64,000 bases of DNA, taken from the human T2T-CHM13v2.0 reference genome, Homo sapiens. A program made the translations under genes and the position numbers. Below the pieces are notes generated by a model. It ran no database searches. It saw only the letters and a program-made list of their open reading frames with translations, and had not been told where the DNA came from. Positions within the stretch are counted from its first letter, which is position 1; each line of letters starts with the position of its first letter. The stretch lies in assembly GCF_009914755.1 (NCBI RefSeq), contig NC_060929.1. One strand, given 5' to 3'. Of the stretch, positions 1-19,461 are shown in pieces.

Positions 1-2405
<2,405 letters not shown>

Positions 2406-3711
2406 AGGGCTGTAAATATTGCTCCAAGACAATCTAAATGCATCCCTCAAGATCTGATATATATTTTTATTATATTCATTCCATTCTAATATTTTCTAAT
2501 TTCTATAGTGACATCATAACTTTTTCATTAGCTATTTAACTGTATATTTAAATTTTTAAAACATGAGCTTTTAAAAGTCACTTTTGTTACTTTCTGACTT
2601 CAAGGAATGATTATCAGAGAACATGGTCTGTTCAGTTCCTTATTTTGGGAACCTGAGGTTTGTTTTATAACCTAGTATGTGGGGAATTTTTAAAAGATAT
2701 TCTATAAGCACTTGAAATGAACATGCAGGGTTCTCTATGTGTTCATTGTATCAACCTTGTGAAATGTGTTGTTCAAATTATCAATAACCTTACTGTGCTT
2801 TGATTTGCTTTACTTATTTGCTTTATTTTTTGATTTGCTCTATTTACTGAATAGGTACATTAAAATATCCCACAATAATTACAGCTTTATCAATTCTTCC
2901 TTGTAATTTTGTATTTGTTTTAATATTTATATGCTGTATTATAATGCCCAAGCAAGTTTAGCATCCTTAACATCATTTGCCTTAAAGATCATTTTGTCTG
3001 ATACTAATATTGCCATATCAGCATACTTTTTTCTAATTGTCTAGCATATATATAATTCCTTTACACTCAACCTTTCTGTATTCTCGAGTTTTATGTGTCT
3101 TTTGTAAACATAATATAGCTAAATTTTTTATTGAATCTGAGAACATTAAATTCCAACTTCCCAGCACCCCCAGCCTTGCTCACACTACTCTATTTTATTC
3201 ATAGCACCTAATATATTTTAACATACAAAAAACATACTTAACCAGTGTATTTTATTGGACTTTTTCCCTTAACTAGAACATTAGTTCCATGAGGGTGGAA
3301 ATTCTTGTCTAGTTTGCTTGCTGATGCCCCATGTATTTACAGCAGAGCCTGGCATATAATATACACTGAGTATTTGTCGAACATTAAGTGAATATGTCTC
3401 TTCTAATTGCTAAGTTCAATGCATTTGTATTTCTTGTAATTACTATTATATTCAGATTTCTACAATCCTATGTTTGAAGCATAGTTTAGTAGACCATCTA
3501 AGAAACAAAAAGATAAATTTCTAAAGTACAGCTTTTCTTTGCTAGCCAACCAGTTGTTTCTTCATCAGGAAATTCAAGAACTGACGGACTCCTTCATCAA
3601 ATGTTCTTTGGTTAATGTACTGGCCTTGATGAAGAGTGAGGATGTTCTTCCATCCACCACAATTGGGGATCTTTTGTCTTAAATGTAAAATTGAGTGAAC
3701 TTACTTTTCTT

Positions 3712-5160
<1,449 letters not shown>

Positions 5161-5716
5161 TAATAGTTGAGTTATTTGAGTCCTCTGTATTTTTTTATTG
5201 GTTAACCTAGCCAAAGGTTTGTACATTTTGTTGATTTTTTTTTAAATCCACTTTTGGTTTTACTGATTTTTTTTACTGTGTTTCTATTCTCTACTTAATT
5301 TATTTCTGTGTTAGTCTTTATTTCCTTCTGTTTGCCTTGGCTCAAGTTAGCTCTTTTCTGATTTCCTAGGGTAAAAGATTATGTTTTAATTTAATATTTT
5401 TCTCCTTTTTAAATACAGGTGTTTACATCCATAAATTTTCCTCTAAGCGCTGCTTTAGCTACATCCTCTAAGTTTTGGTATATTGTATTTTCATTTACAC
5501 TCATCTCAAAATACTTTCTAATTTCTCTTGTGATTCCTTATTTGACCTACTGGTTATGTAGGAGTATGTTAACAAATTTCCACATATTAGTGAATTTCCC
5601 AAATTTTCTTGTTATTGGTTTCGAATTTCTACTGTTGTAGTTAAAACATACTTTATATAATTTGAATTCTTTTAAGTTTATTGAGACTTATTTTATGGTC
5701 TGACATGAGGTCTAGA

Positions 5717-6014
<298 letters not shown>

Positions 6015-7212
6015 GGGAGAAAAGAATTTTAAATGTGTATTTGAGAAGAATGTGCCTTACACTGTTGGGGAGAGTGTTTTATAGGTGTCTATTAGACTAG
6101 TTGGTTTATAGTGTTGCTGAAGTCTTCTAGTTCCCCAGTGATCATCTACCTATATGTTGTATCCATTTTTCAAAGTGAGGTATTGACATCTCCAACTATT
6201 ATTGTTGAATTGTCTATTTTCCTTTAATTCTGCTGGGTTTTGCCTCATTTATTTTGAGGCTCTGCTCTTAGGTGCATATGTTTATAATTGTTATGTTTTT
6301 TTGATGGACTGACCTTTTTAATATAAAATGTTCTTCTTGGTCTCTAGTAACAATTTTTGTCTCAAAGTCTATTTTGTCTAATACTAGCACAGCCTCTCCA
6401 GTTCTTTTTTGGAGAATTGTTGTATTCTGTATCTTCTTCCATCTTTTCACTTTCAACCTATTTGTTTCTCTGAATATATATTTGTCTCATAGATAGCATA
6501 TAGTTGGATTATGTTATTTTATTCATTCTCTTAATCTATGCCTTTTGACTGTAGTGCCCATTTCATTTCTTGGAATTACTGATGAGATTTACATTTGCCA
6601 TTTTGCTGTTTTCTGTACATGCCTTTATGTTCCTCTATCCTTTCATTACTGCCTTCTTTTGTGTTAGTTTTCTAGTATACCATTTTAATCCACTTGTTAG
6701 CTATTTTACCACTTTTTTTAGTTCTTTTATTAGTATTTGCCCTGGGGACTGCAATTAACGTCTTAACTTAAAGCAATCTAGCTCAGAGTAATATTGACGT
6801 AATTTCAATAATATATAAAAACCCTGTTCCCGTACAGCTCCATTCCTTCTCCTCTCCTTTTATTATTATTGGCATTAAAAGAATATCCTTACACATTATT
6901 AAATATATAATTATAATTATTGCTTTATGTAGTTGTCTTTTGAATCAGATAGAAGAAAAAGGTTACAAACAAAAATAATATTTATACTGACTTTTACATT
7001 TACCTATAGAGTTATCTTTACCAGTACTCTTTATTTCTCTGTGTGGATTCAAGTTACTATTTAGTGTCCTGTCATTTCAACCTAAAGAACCCCCTTTCAT
7101 ATTTCTTATAGGGCATGTCTGCTAGTGAAGAATTCTGTTTTTGTTTACATGGGAATGTTTTAAATTCACCTTAATTTTTGAAGACTAGCTTTGCTGAATA
7201 TACAACTCCTAG

Positions 7213-7666
<454 letters not shown>

Positions 7667-7672
7667 TCTCTC

Positions 7673-7944
7673 TTTCTTTTTGAGAGGTCTGGTTCTATTG
7701 CCCAGCCTGAAGTGCAGTGGCACAATCTTGGCTCACCACAACCTCTATTTCCTCCCATCTCAGCCTCCCGAGTAGCTGGGACTACAGGCATGCAACACCA
7801 CGCCTGGCTAATTTTTGTATTTTTTGTAGAGACAGGGTTTCTCCATGTTGCCCAGGCTGCTCTCAAACTTGTGAGCTCAAGTAATCTGTCCACCTCAGCT
7901 TCCCAAAGTGCTGGTATTACAGGCATGAGCCACTGTGCCTGGCC
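7673..7944 (-). mobile_element. AluJ adjacent to the AluY
   Basis: Diverged Alu in the same orientation. Confidence 0.85.
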
Positions 7945-9454
7945 AAGATTCTTTCTTGATCTTTGGCTTTCAATAGTTTGACTATGACGTGTCTCTAGGT
8001 TTATCCTACTTGGAGTTCACTAGTTTCTTAGTGTGCAGATTAGTGTTTGTTATCAAATTTGTAGTTTCTTGCCATCATATCTTCAAATATTCTTTCTGCC
8101 CTTTCTTTTTCTTTTCTTTTGGGATTCTCCTTATGCATGTATTGATACATGTGATGGTTTCTCACAAATCTGTATGGCTCTGTTCATTTTTCTGCATTCT
8201 TTTTTCTTTCTGTTTCTCAGACTGGGTGATCTTAAGTTCACTGATTCTTTATTTTGCAAGTTCAAAAAGGATGATGAGTCCCTTTAGTGAATTTTACATT
8301 TCAGTTATTGTATTTGTCAACCAGAATATCCATCTGGTTTGTAAAATAACTTATATCTTTTAATTGATATTCTCTATTAAGTAAGACATCATTCTCAAAC
8401 TTTAATTCTTTAGACATAGTTGTCTTTAGTTCTTTGAAAATATTTATAACAGTTGGCTTAATGTCTTTATTTAGTAAGTTCAATATCTAGGTGTCCAGTC
8501 TGGTTTTTTCTTGCATGCCCTTGTCCCCTCTGTAGTCTACTCTACAAAATAATCTTCTATGATCTCACTCATAGTAAAACCTCAAAGTCCTTCCCCCGAC
8601 TTTCAAGGTTCTGCATGCTCTGATATCTGGCTACTTCATCTACTAAAGCTCCTTAACCTTGTTCATTCGTTCCAGCCACAGTAGCCTGACCTTTACTTTT
8701 CCTCAAAAACACCAACTACTCTCCATTCCCAGACACCTTGTATTTGTTATTCCCTTTGCGTGAAATGTTATTTTCTTTTACTGCCTTCAGGATTCTACTC
8801 AAATGACTCTACTAAGAGAGAGTTTCCTAGTCTCTCTATTTAAGATAGTAGACTCTATCAATCTCTACCCTGTTAGGCTGCTTTATTTTTCTTCATAGAA
8901 GAAGCTAATCCAGGTAATTGCACTTCGTGTCTTTTGTAAAAATCAAAGTAAAATCCTGTTAAGTTTTTAATGGTAACAAGAGAAGAGTATACATTCTAGA
9001 GTAATTTCTGAAAACAAAAGGAAAGGTCAGAAGAGGGAGGAAAAAAGAAAAAGTATAATAAAGAGAACTGACTACCACACTCACAGGCAGCATCTCTAAG
9101 AAAGAATTAGACCTAAAAAATGATGGTTCCATGGTACACCAAAAAGAGTACCAGGACTTGTCATCTCCAGTTTCATGAACCCCAAAGTGGCATAGAAGCA
9201 GAAAACTACCATCCTTTAAGGAAACTGTGGATATGGACAAACATCCACATACTAGCCCAATGACCATGACAAACTCAAAGTTAGAAGTTTTCCTTCTATT
9301 TTCTAGCAACCTTGTTAGTTTGGTGGGAACTTCTGAGGTGACACAGCCCTAATAGTGACTGACAATACATTTCTCACCAGCTCATCAGGGAAGAGTATCT
9401 AAGTCAAATTTAATTTGAATTAGGAAAAAAATTACAATACGCTATTTCTTGCTT

Positions 9455-9495
<41 letters not shown>

Positions 9496-9776
9496 AGATG
9501 GAGTCTTACTCTGTTACCCAGGCTGGAGTGCAATGGCGCAATCTCGGCTCACTGAAACCTCCACCTCCTGGGTTCAGGTGATTCTCCTGCTTCAGCTTCC
9601 AGAGTAGCTGGGATTACAGGCACCTGCCACCATCCCCAGCTAGTTTTCGTATTTTTAGTAGAGACGGGGTTTCACCATGCTGGCCAGGCTGGTCTCGAAA
9701 TCCCGACCTCAGGCGATCCACCCGCCTCGGCATCCCAAAGAGCTGGGATTACAGGCGTGAGCCACCATGCCCAGCC
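9455..9776 (-). mobile_element. AluS with long T tract and 22-bp TSD
   Basis: TSD TACAATA(C/T)GCTATTTCTTGCTT at 9433-9454 and 9777-9798. Confidence 0.95.
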
Positions 9777-10277
9777 TACAATATGCTATTTCTTGCTTAC
9801 CAAGGTTTAGATTCAGATTTTGTACACACAAATTGGATCAAGTTTCTTCTACTCTTCAAAAATTTCAATGACTTCACACTACTTTTTCAATAAAATACAA
9901 ACTTTTCACCATAGACTTCAAGATTCCGCAGTGTCACCCTTGTTTAGCATACTACCCTTCATCTGCCACCACATTCCCTTTGCTCACTATGAACCAGCTT
10001 CTCTTTCAGTTCTTCAAAAATGTCAAGCTCTCCTATCACTCAGGGTCTGTTCTCTTGATTTATAATGCTCTTTCCTTTCCCTTCCCTTCTTCACACTTTG
10101 ATTCCTTCTAGTCTTTAGTATCAGCTTTATGTCACCACTACAAAGAGATCATCCCTAAACAATCTATCTGAAACCCTTCTGCTCTGAGATTCTCTACCAC
10201 TGAACCACCTTGATTTTTCTTAGCAAACTCAGAGCTTTTCAGATTGAATAAATAAAACAAGATCCAAATACATGCTA

Positions 10278-10718
<441 letters not shown>

Positions 10719-12256
10719 TTAGAATAAGAAATACTGCTAGAGACAAAAGGAAACATTTTATAATGTAACAAGAGTCAATATATCAAAAAGATGTAATAAT
10801 TATAGATGTATATCACTTAATGAAAGCCCCGAAAGACATAAAACAACAATTGACAGTGCTGAAAGAAGAAATAGGTAATTCAATAATAGCTGGATATTTT
10901 GAATACCTCACTCTTATGAACTGGTAAAACAACCACACAGAAAATCAGGAAGGATATACAAGATCTGAACAATGCTATCAACCAATTTCACCTGACACCT
11001 ATAGAATTCTCCATCAAAAAACAGCAGAATACACATTCCTTTCAAGCTCACACAGAACATCCTCCAGGAAAGACCATATGTTAGGTCACAAACCAAGTCC
11101 TGATAAATTTTAAAGATTTAACTCATACAGAATATGCTGTCCAACCACATGGAATTAAACATAAAAAATAGAAAGAAATCTTGAATATCTTCAAATATTT
11201 GGAAATTGAACAACATTCTTCTAAATAACCCATAGGTCAAAGAAGAATTCACAATGAAAACTAAAATATATTTTGAACTAAATAAAAACAAAACTACAAT
11301 ATATTAAAATTTATGGGATGCAGTTTCAAGTGGTACTTAGAAGAAAATGTATAGCTTTAAATGCCTATATTTAAAAAAAAGTCTCTAATCAATAACCCAG
11401 GCTCTCACCTTAAGAAACTAAAAAAGGAGGGGCAAGTTAAAATGATCAAAGCAAGCAAAATAAATGAAATAATAAGGATAAGAGCAGAAATCAACAAAAT
11501 AGAAAATGGAAAAATAGAGAAAACCAAAGAAACCTAAAGGCTGATTATTTGAAAAGATCAACAAAATTGACAAACCTTTAGACTGACCAAGAAAAAAATA
11601 GAGAAGATAAAAATTACCCAATAAAGGGACGAAAGAAAGAATAGACTACTGATCCTATAGAAATTACAAGGAAATGCTGTAAACATCTTTATGCCAACAA
11701 AGCAGGCAACTAATATGAAGTGGAAAAGTTCCTAGAAAGGTACAAATTACCAAAATGAACTAAAAAATATACAGAACAATCTAAATAGGCCTATAAAAAG
11801 TAAAGAAACTGAATTAGAAATGTAAAATCTTCCCATAAAGAGAATTCTAGGCCCAGATAACTTCACTGGTGAATTTTATCAAATATTTAACCAAAAAATA
11901 ATGCTAATCCTTCACAAAGTCTTCAGAAAATAGAGAAGAGAACAGATCCCAACTAAATCTAAGATGTTTATTACCCTAATCCCAAAGCTAAAGACATCAT
12001 ACAGAAAGAAAACTACAAAACCCTCATGAACATCATCATGAGAATCCTTAATTATTAGCAAACTAAATCCAGGAATATGTAAAAAGAATGTATACACCAT
12101 GACCAAGTGAGATTTCTGCAAGAATATGAGGTTGGTTTAACATGCAATTAATGTAAGAGACTATATAGAATAAAGGACACATGATTATTTCCACAGACGC
12201 AGGAAAGGCATTTGACAAAATTCAACACCTATTTATGATTTTTAAAAAAAAATCTA

Positions 12257-12579
12257 GGCTGGGCATGATGGTTCAGACCTGTAACCTCAGCACTTTGGGA
12301 GGCCAACGCGGGTGGATCACCTGAGGTCAGGAATTTGAAACCAGCCTGGCCAGCACGGTAAAACCCCGTCTCTACTAAAAATACAAAAATTAGCTGGATG
12401 TGGTGGCGCACACCTGTAATCCCAGCTACTCAGGAGACTGAGGCAGGAGAATCACTTGAGCCCGGGAGGTGGAGGTTGCAGAGAGCAGAGAGCAGAGATT
12501 GTACTGCACTCCAGCCTGGATGACAGAGTGAGACTCTGTCTAAAAAAATAAACAAACAAACAAACAAACAAACAAAAAA
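12257..12579 (+). mobile_element. AluS with (CAAA)n tail
   Basis: Dimeric Alu. Confidence 0.95.
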
Positions 12580-13659
12580 CCTCTCCACAGACTAGGAATA
12601 GAAGAGAACATTCTTAATGTGATAAAGACAGATACGAAACTCTCACAACTAACATCATACTTAATGGTGAAAGATGGGCTGCTTGGCTCCTAAGAGCAAG
12701 AACAAGGTAAAACCTATCAAAATCTTAGCTGGGCTTGTTGTAGAAATTGACAAGCTGATCCTAAAATTCACATGGAAATAAAAGGGACCCAGAATAGTCA
12801 GAACAATTTTGAAAAAGAATGAAGTTGAAGGACTTACATTACCTAAAGGACCAAGGAAGTCTTCTCTCAAGGACATCTATGCTTAGCCCACTGAAATAAA
12901 TAGATAGGCTCTTGACCACTCTGCTCACCCTCTCCCAAGAAACACTTCAGGAAGAAAGCCTGACCAGAGGTAAGTTGCTCTCTCTTTGAGGTGATGTTAT
13001 AATTTCATCTAGAACTCTATAGCCCTTATAACTCTCTCCCTTAAGCTGGCCAATTAGGAAAACTAACTCATCTGCTTAGTCATTTTGTTTATAAATTCTC
13101 TCAATTGTTCTATCTGAACAATAGCTGCAATAATAACATGAATTGATATATTATCCCATTGTTATAGCAAAGTAAATTAATGCACAGTGTCATTAAGTTA
13201 ACTTGCTCTAGGTCATCCAGTATGTGGTGGAGTCAGTGTCTTATTGTAGAACCAGGATAGGAAGAGCTGTTTAAAAATGTATAATCATCTTCTAAGTTAG
13301 TATCAGCTAGCATTGATAATAGCATTATACAAAGTCTATAAGGTAGGCATGGCAAGAATTTTCCACTGTTTGAAGAAACCAATGACGTTCTAAATATTTA
13401 AGTGATGTATCCAAATTTAGACATTTGCTATCTCACTGGTGGCTACATCCAAAATTGGAATACAATATGAGAGAACAGAGAAGATTTAATTCATTTTTTT
13501 ACAAAGACCATGATTTAGAGAAATATTTTTGTTTTTTTTTCCAGGTTATATTTAAGTGATTATATACCTTGGAACTGAGGAGCTAAACCCACTTAAACTG
13601 ACAGTAGTTTCTCATTGTTACTTTGCTGTTATTGAATAATCTTAAGAAGAAAGGTTGAT

Positions 13660-14720
<1,061 letters not shown>

Positions 14721-14932
14721 TGCTGTAATAAATTAAATTTATGAATTTAATAAAACTGAACTATATCACAGACCATTAAACTTAAATATTTAGTTATATG
14801 TACTTAGTACATATTTTAGTTATATATACTTAGATGGAAAAATCTTCAAGACATATTAACAAAACTATAGAACAGTATGTATGATTCTATTTATGTAAAA
14901 CAGAACATCTATTTGCGTGATATATACCTAAA

Positions 14933-15128
14933 GCACTGTCCAACAAATCTTACTGCAATCATTGAAATGTTCTATAATCTATGCTGTTTAATTCTGTAGC
15001 CATGTGTGGCCATTGAACACTTAAAAATGTACTTAATAGCACTGAGGAACAGAATTTTTATTTAATTTTAATTAATTTCAGTGTAAATAGCCTCACGTGG
15101 CTAGTGGTTACAGTATTGGATAGTGTAG
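14933..15128. mobile_element. MER3-like hAT-Charlie MITE
   Basis: CACTGTCCAA...TTGGATAGTG inverted ends and the internal GCCACGTGGCTAGTGG-like motif. Confidence 0.7.
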
Positions 15129-15553
15129 TTATGGAAAATGATATATAACAGATTACCTCCAGAGCAGTTTTTCAACCTGGGCACTACTGACATTTGGGAT
15201 AGGAGAATTATTTTTTTTATTTTTATTTTGTTTCCTTTGGATTACCAGTGCAAAACACATTTTTTTACAATTACAGTGCAAAATCCATATTTATTTGGCT
15301 AGCGTTATGTATTTATTTTTAATCTATGTATTAATTTTTTTTAAAAAGCCATAATAAACACTTGGATTCCAAATACAGTATTTTGTTGAATACTGTGCCA
15401 AATACATATCATACAGAGTAAAAATTTGAAAATATCTCCAAACCATAACAATAAACATAATAAGGTAATGATATAATACCTTAGAAGGTGTTAAGAACAA
15501 AGGAAGGAAACAAGACTATAAACAGGTAATGGGAACTGTGGGTGATGGTGTTG

Positions 15554-16282
15554 TTTATATATATATTATAATATATATTTAAAATATATTTTTATATTTA
15601 ATATATTTAATATTAATTATATTAAATATATTTAAAATATATATTAATATATATTAAATATATATTAATATATTAAATATATATTAATATAATTAATATA
15701 TATTTAATATAATTTAATATAATAAATATATATTATATATTAAATAATATATATTATATATTTAAAATATATATTAATATATATTATATATATTTAAAAT
15801 ATATAATATATATTAAACATATTTAAAATATATATTTAAAAATATAAATTATATATTATATATAATATATATTATATATTATATATAATATATAATATAT
15901 ATAATATATAATATATATATTATATATAATATATATTATATATTATATATTTATATATTTATATATTGTATATTTATATATTGTATATATTTATATATTA
16001 TATATTTATATATTTTTATATATTATATATATTTATATATATTATATATATTTTTATATATATTTTTATATATTATATATTTATATATATTTTTATATAT
16101 TTTTATATATTTTATATATTTATATATATTTTTATATATTATATATATTTATATATATTTTTATATATTATATATATTTATATATATTTATATATTATAT
16201 ATATTTTTATATATTTTTATATATTACATATATATTTATATATATTTTTATATATTATATATATTTATATATATATATTTTA
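15554..16282. repeat. ~730-bp AT-only low-complexity / (TA)n-derived array
   Basis: Only 4 G/C bases (15818, 15968, 15983, 16227) in 729 bp. Confidence 0.97.
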
Positions 16283-16370
16283 GTGCCCAATAGGTAGTTT
16301 TATTCCAGTAGTATCCCCTAAGTCAAGGCAATCAAAATTGTCTCCAGACCTTGTCAAATATCTCCTAGGG

Positions 16371-16712
16371 AAGAGGTCCCCAATGCCCAGGCTGCAAATC
16401 AGTACCGGTCAGTGGCCTGTTAGCAACCGGGCTGCACAGCAGGTGAGCAGCAGGCGAGTGAGCATTACTGCCTGAACTCTGCCTCCTGTCAGATCAGCTG
16501 CAACATTAACTTCTCATAGCAGCGCAAACTCCACTGTGAACTATGCATGCACATGCGAGGGATGTAGGTTGCATGCTCCTTATGAGAGTGTAATGCCTGA
16601 TGATCTAAGGTGGAACAGTTTCATTCTGAAAGCATCCCCCACCAACCCCCGTCCATGGAAAAATTGTCTTCCATGAAACTGTCCCTGGTGCCAAAATGTC
16701 TGGGGACCACTG
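16371..16712. mobile_element. MER1B-like hAT MITE inserted in MER20
   Basis: GGTCCCCAA...TGGGGACCACTG ends and an 8-bp TSD TCCTAGGG/CCCTAGGG. Confidence 0.85.
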
Positions 16713-17812
16713 CCCTAGGGGACAAAATCTCCCCAGCTGAGAACCACTGCTAAAGACATAGGAGAGTAATGGGAGGGAGGGGGCACTGTAATATTTTATT
16801 CTATTTCTGTTTTGCCTAAATTTGCTTAGAGGTAACATGCATGTACATTTTCTTTGTGTAATTAATAATTTTAAAAGTAAGCCTGTTTTCTCATGAGTAA
16901 AATGGGAACTATATACCTAAACTCTAAGGTTGCTCTAAAGATTAAGAGCAAAATAGAAACGAGTTACCAATTTCCTGGAACAGTGGGGGAAAAATACCAA
17001 GCAAAGTGAAAAAGGAAGTTCACATGAATAGTTATCAAGAACAGTGAAGAAAGAAGAGAGAATCGCCTCCTAGCTGAGGCTAGGAGAATGATCAGTCATT
17101 TTTGCCATTTGCAAAGATAAGTAAAACAGAAATAGGAACCATTTAAGGGAAGTATAATGAACCTGGTTAGGGATCTATTAAAATGGAAGAACTTGCGGGC
17201 CATCTAAGTAGAGCTGGAGCTGGAAGTTGGAAAGTAATAAAAGCTAGAATTAAAGACTCAAGAGTTATCAATATCAATATACTGATATCAAGTATTTGGA
17301 ATATCAAGTATTTGGAAGTCATGAGCCTTCAGAGAAAAAAAAAATGGCTATAAAGAAACTCTGAGCCATAACTGAGGATTGGGAAAGGAGGGCCACAGGA
17401 GACTACGGTATTGAGAAGTTGTAGGCAGAGATAGAAGAAAAACCAGAAGATAGTTGGATCATGGCAGCCAAGAGAAGGGTTTAAACAAAGTGGATAATGT
17501 CTCCTTAGATCTCACCTTTATTAAAAAATAAATATTAACATATCAATACAAGAAGAAAAGAGATGAAATATATTTCATTCAAGAGAGAGTGGGGGTCAAT
17601 CTCAAAACAGCACTCATGGACCATCAAGGCAATAACTCTGGAACTGAGAAGTCACTGGCCCAACAAATAAAGAAGGCAAGTTCTGCTGGAAGGAAACCCC
17701 TGGCACCTCATGCACTTCTACGACTGCCTGATCACTCAGGGCTCCTACAAGGCACCAGGCCTCAAAACCTTATCTGTATTCCCGTCCAGCTGGAGGGGAG
17801 CAGATTACACTC

Positions 17813-18108
17813 TTTTTTTTTCCCCCAAGAGAGTCTCACTCTGTCGCCCAGGCTGGAGTGCAGTAGCGCAACCTTGGCTCACTGCAACCTCCAACTCCTA
17901 GGTTCAAGCAATTCTCCTGCCTCAGCCTCTCAAGTCACTGGAATCACAGAAGTGTGCCACCACGCCTGGCTAATTTTTTTGTATTTTTAGTAGAGACGGG
18001 ATTTCACCATGTTGGTCAGGTTGGTCTCAAACTCCTGGCCTCAAGTGATCCACCCACCTCGGCCTCCCAAAGTACTAGGATTACAGGCGTGAGCTACTGC
18101 ACCCAGCC
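17813..18108 (-). mobile_element. AluS
   Basis: Dimeric Alu; TTACACTCTT repeated on both flanks. Confidence 0.92.
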
Positions 18109-18765
18109 AGGTTACACTCTTAATAGCAACAACTTCGTAAATTATCTGAAGCAGGCCCTGGTCTCTGACCAGGCTAAGGCTATTTGGACTGTGAAACATG
18201 CAACCCACAGTTAATCAGAAACTCTCTTTGAAATGTTAACAAAAGACCATGAGATGCACAGAGGAAGAAAAGGGAAAAAAAACTATTTTCAGAGGGAGAA
18301 ACAATCTACAAATTGGGGAATGCAACCTCCCAGGAAAACCAAAAGGACATACTCCAAAAGGGAATAGGAAGCTGGTATTTATGCCTTACAGGGATACTCC
18401 AGGGTGTGCGTGGTTTGCTCCTGTCCTCAGCACATTTGATCATGTCACTGCCTGCAATTCTGTCATCTTTGCTCCAAGACAGATAGATTTGGATCCCTTT
18501 TTTCCTTTTTCCTCAGCAAGTTCAGAAAAAGAGAAAAGTGTTGCTTGGCTATTTCATTACACACCAAAGTACAAAATGGGGAGGAAGTGTTTCCTGCATA
18601 CACCATGGGCCCTAAAAAAGAAACTCACCATTGCCCTTCCCTTCCCTCTTCTGTCCCCTGGAGCTTGGCTCCCCTCTCACTTCCTTGGGACCTTGTTATA
18701 GTTGACTCCTAAAATTGCCGCCGCCATACACACACGCCCACATGGATCAGGGGAATCTGTGTTTA

Positions 18766-19461
<696 letters not shown>

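Larger units (their letters stand above)
15165..16749. mobile_element. MER20 split into three pieces by nested insertions (15165-15212, 16305-16370, 16713-16749)
   Basis: Termini CAGTTTTTCAACCTGGGCACTACTGACATTTGGG and GCTGAGAACCACTG; internal ATTGTCTCCAGACCTTGTCAAAT. Confidence 0.75.

Noticed and set aside
9085-9224. SH2-domain or methyltransferase identity for the KDGSFLLL peptide
   Set aside because: The resemblance covers only a few residues and lacks the invariant SH2 Arg; not supportable without a profile search.
15966-16283. 105-aa Ile/Tyr/Phe ORF
   Set aside because: Translation of the AT-only repeat.
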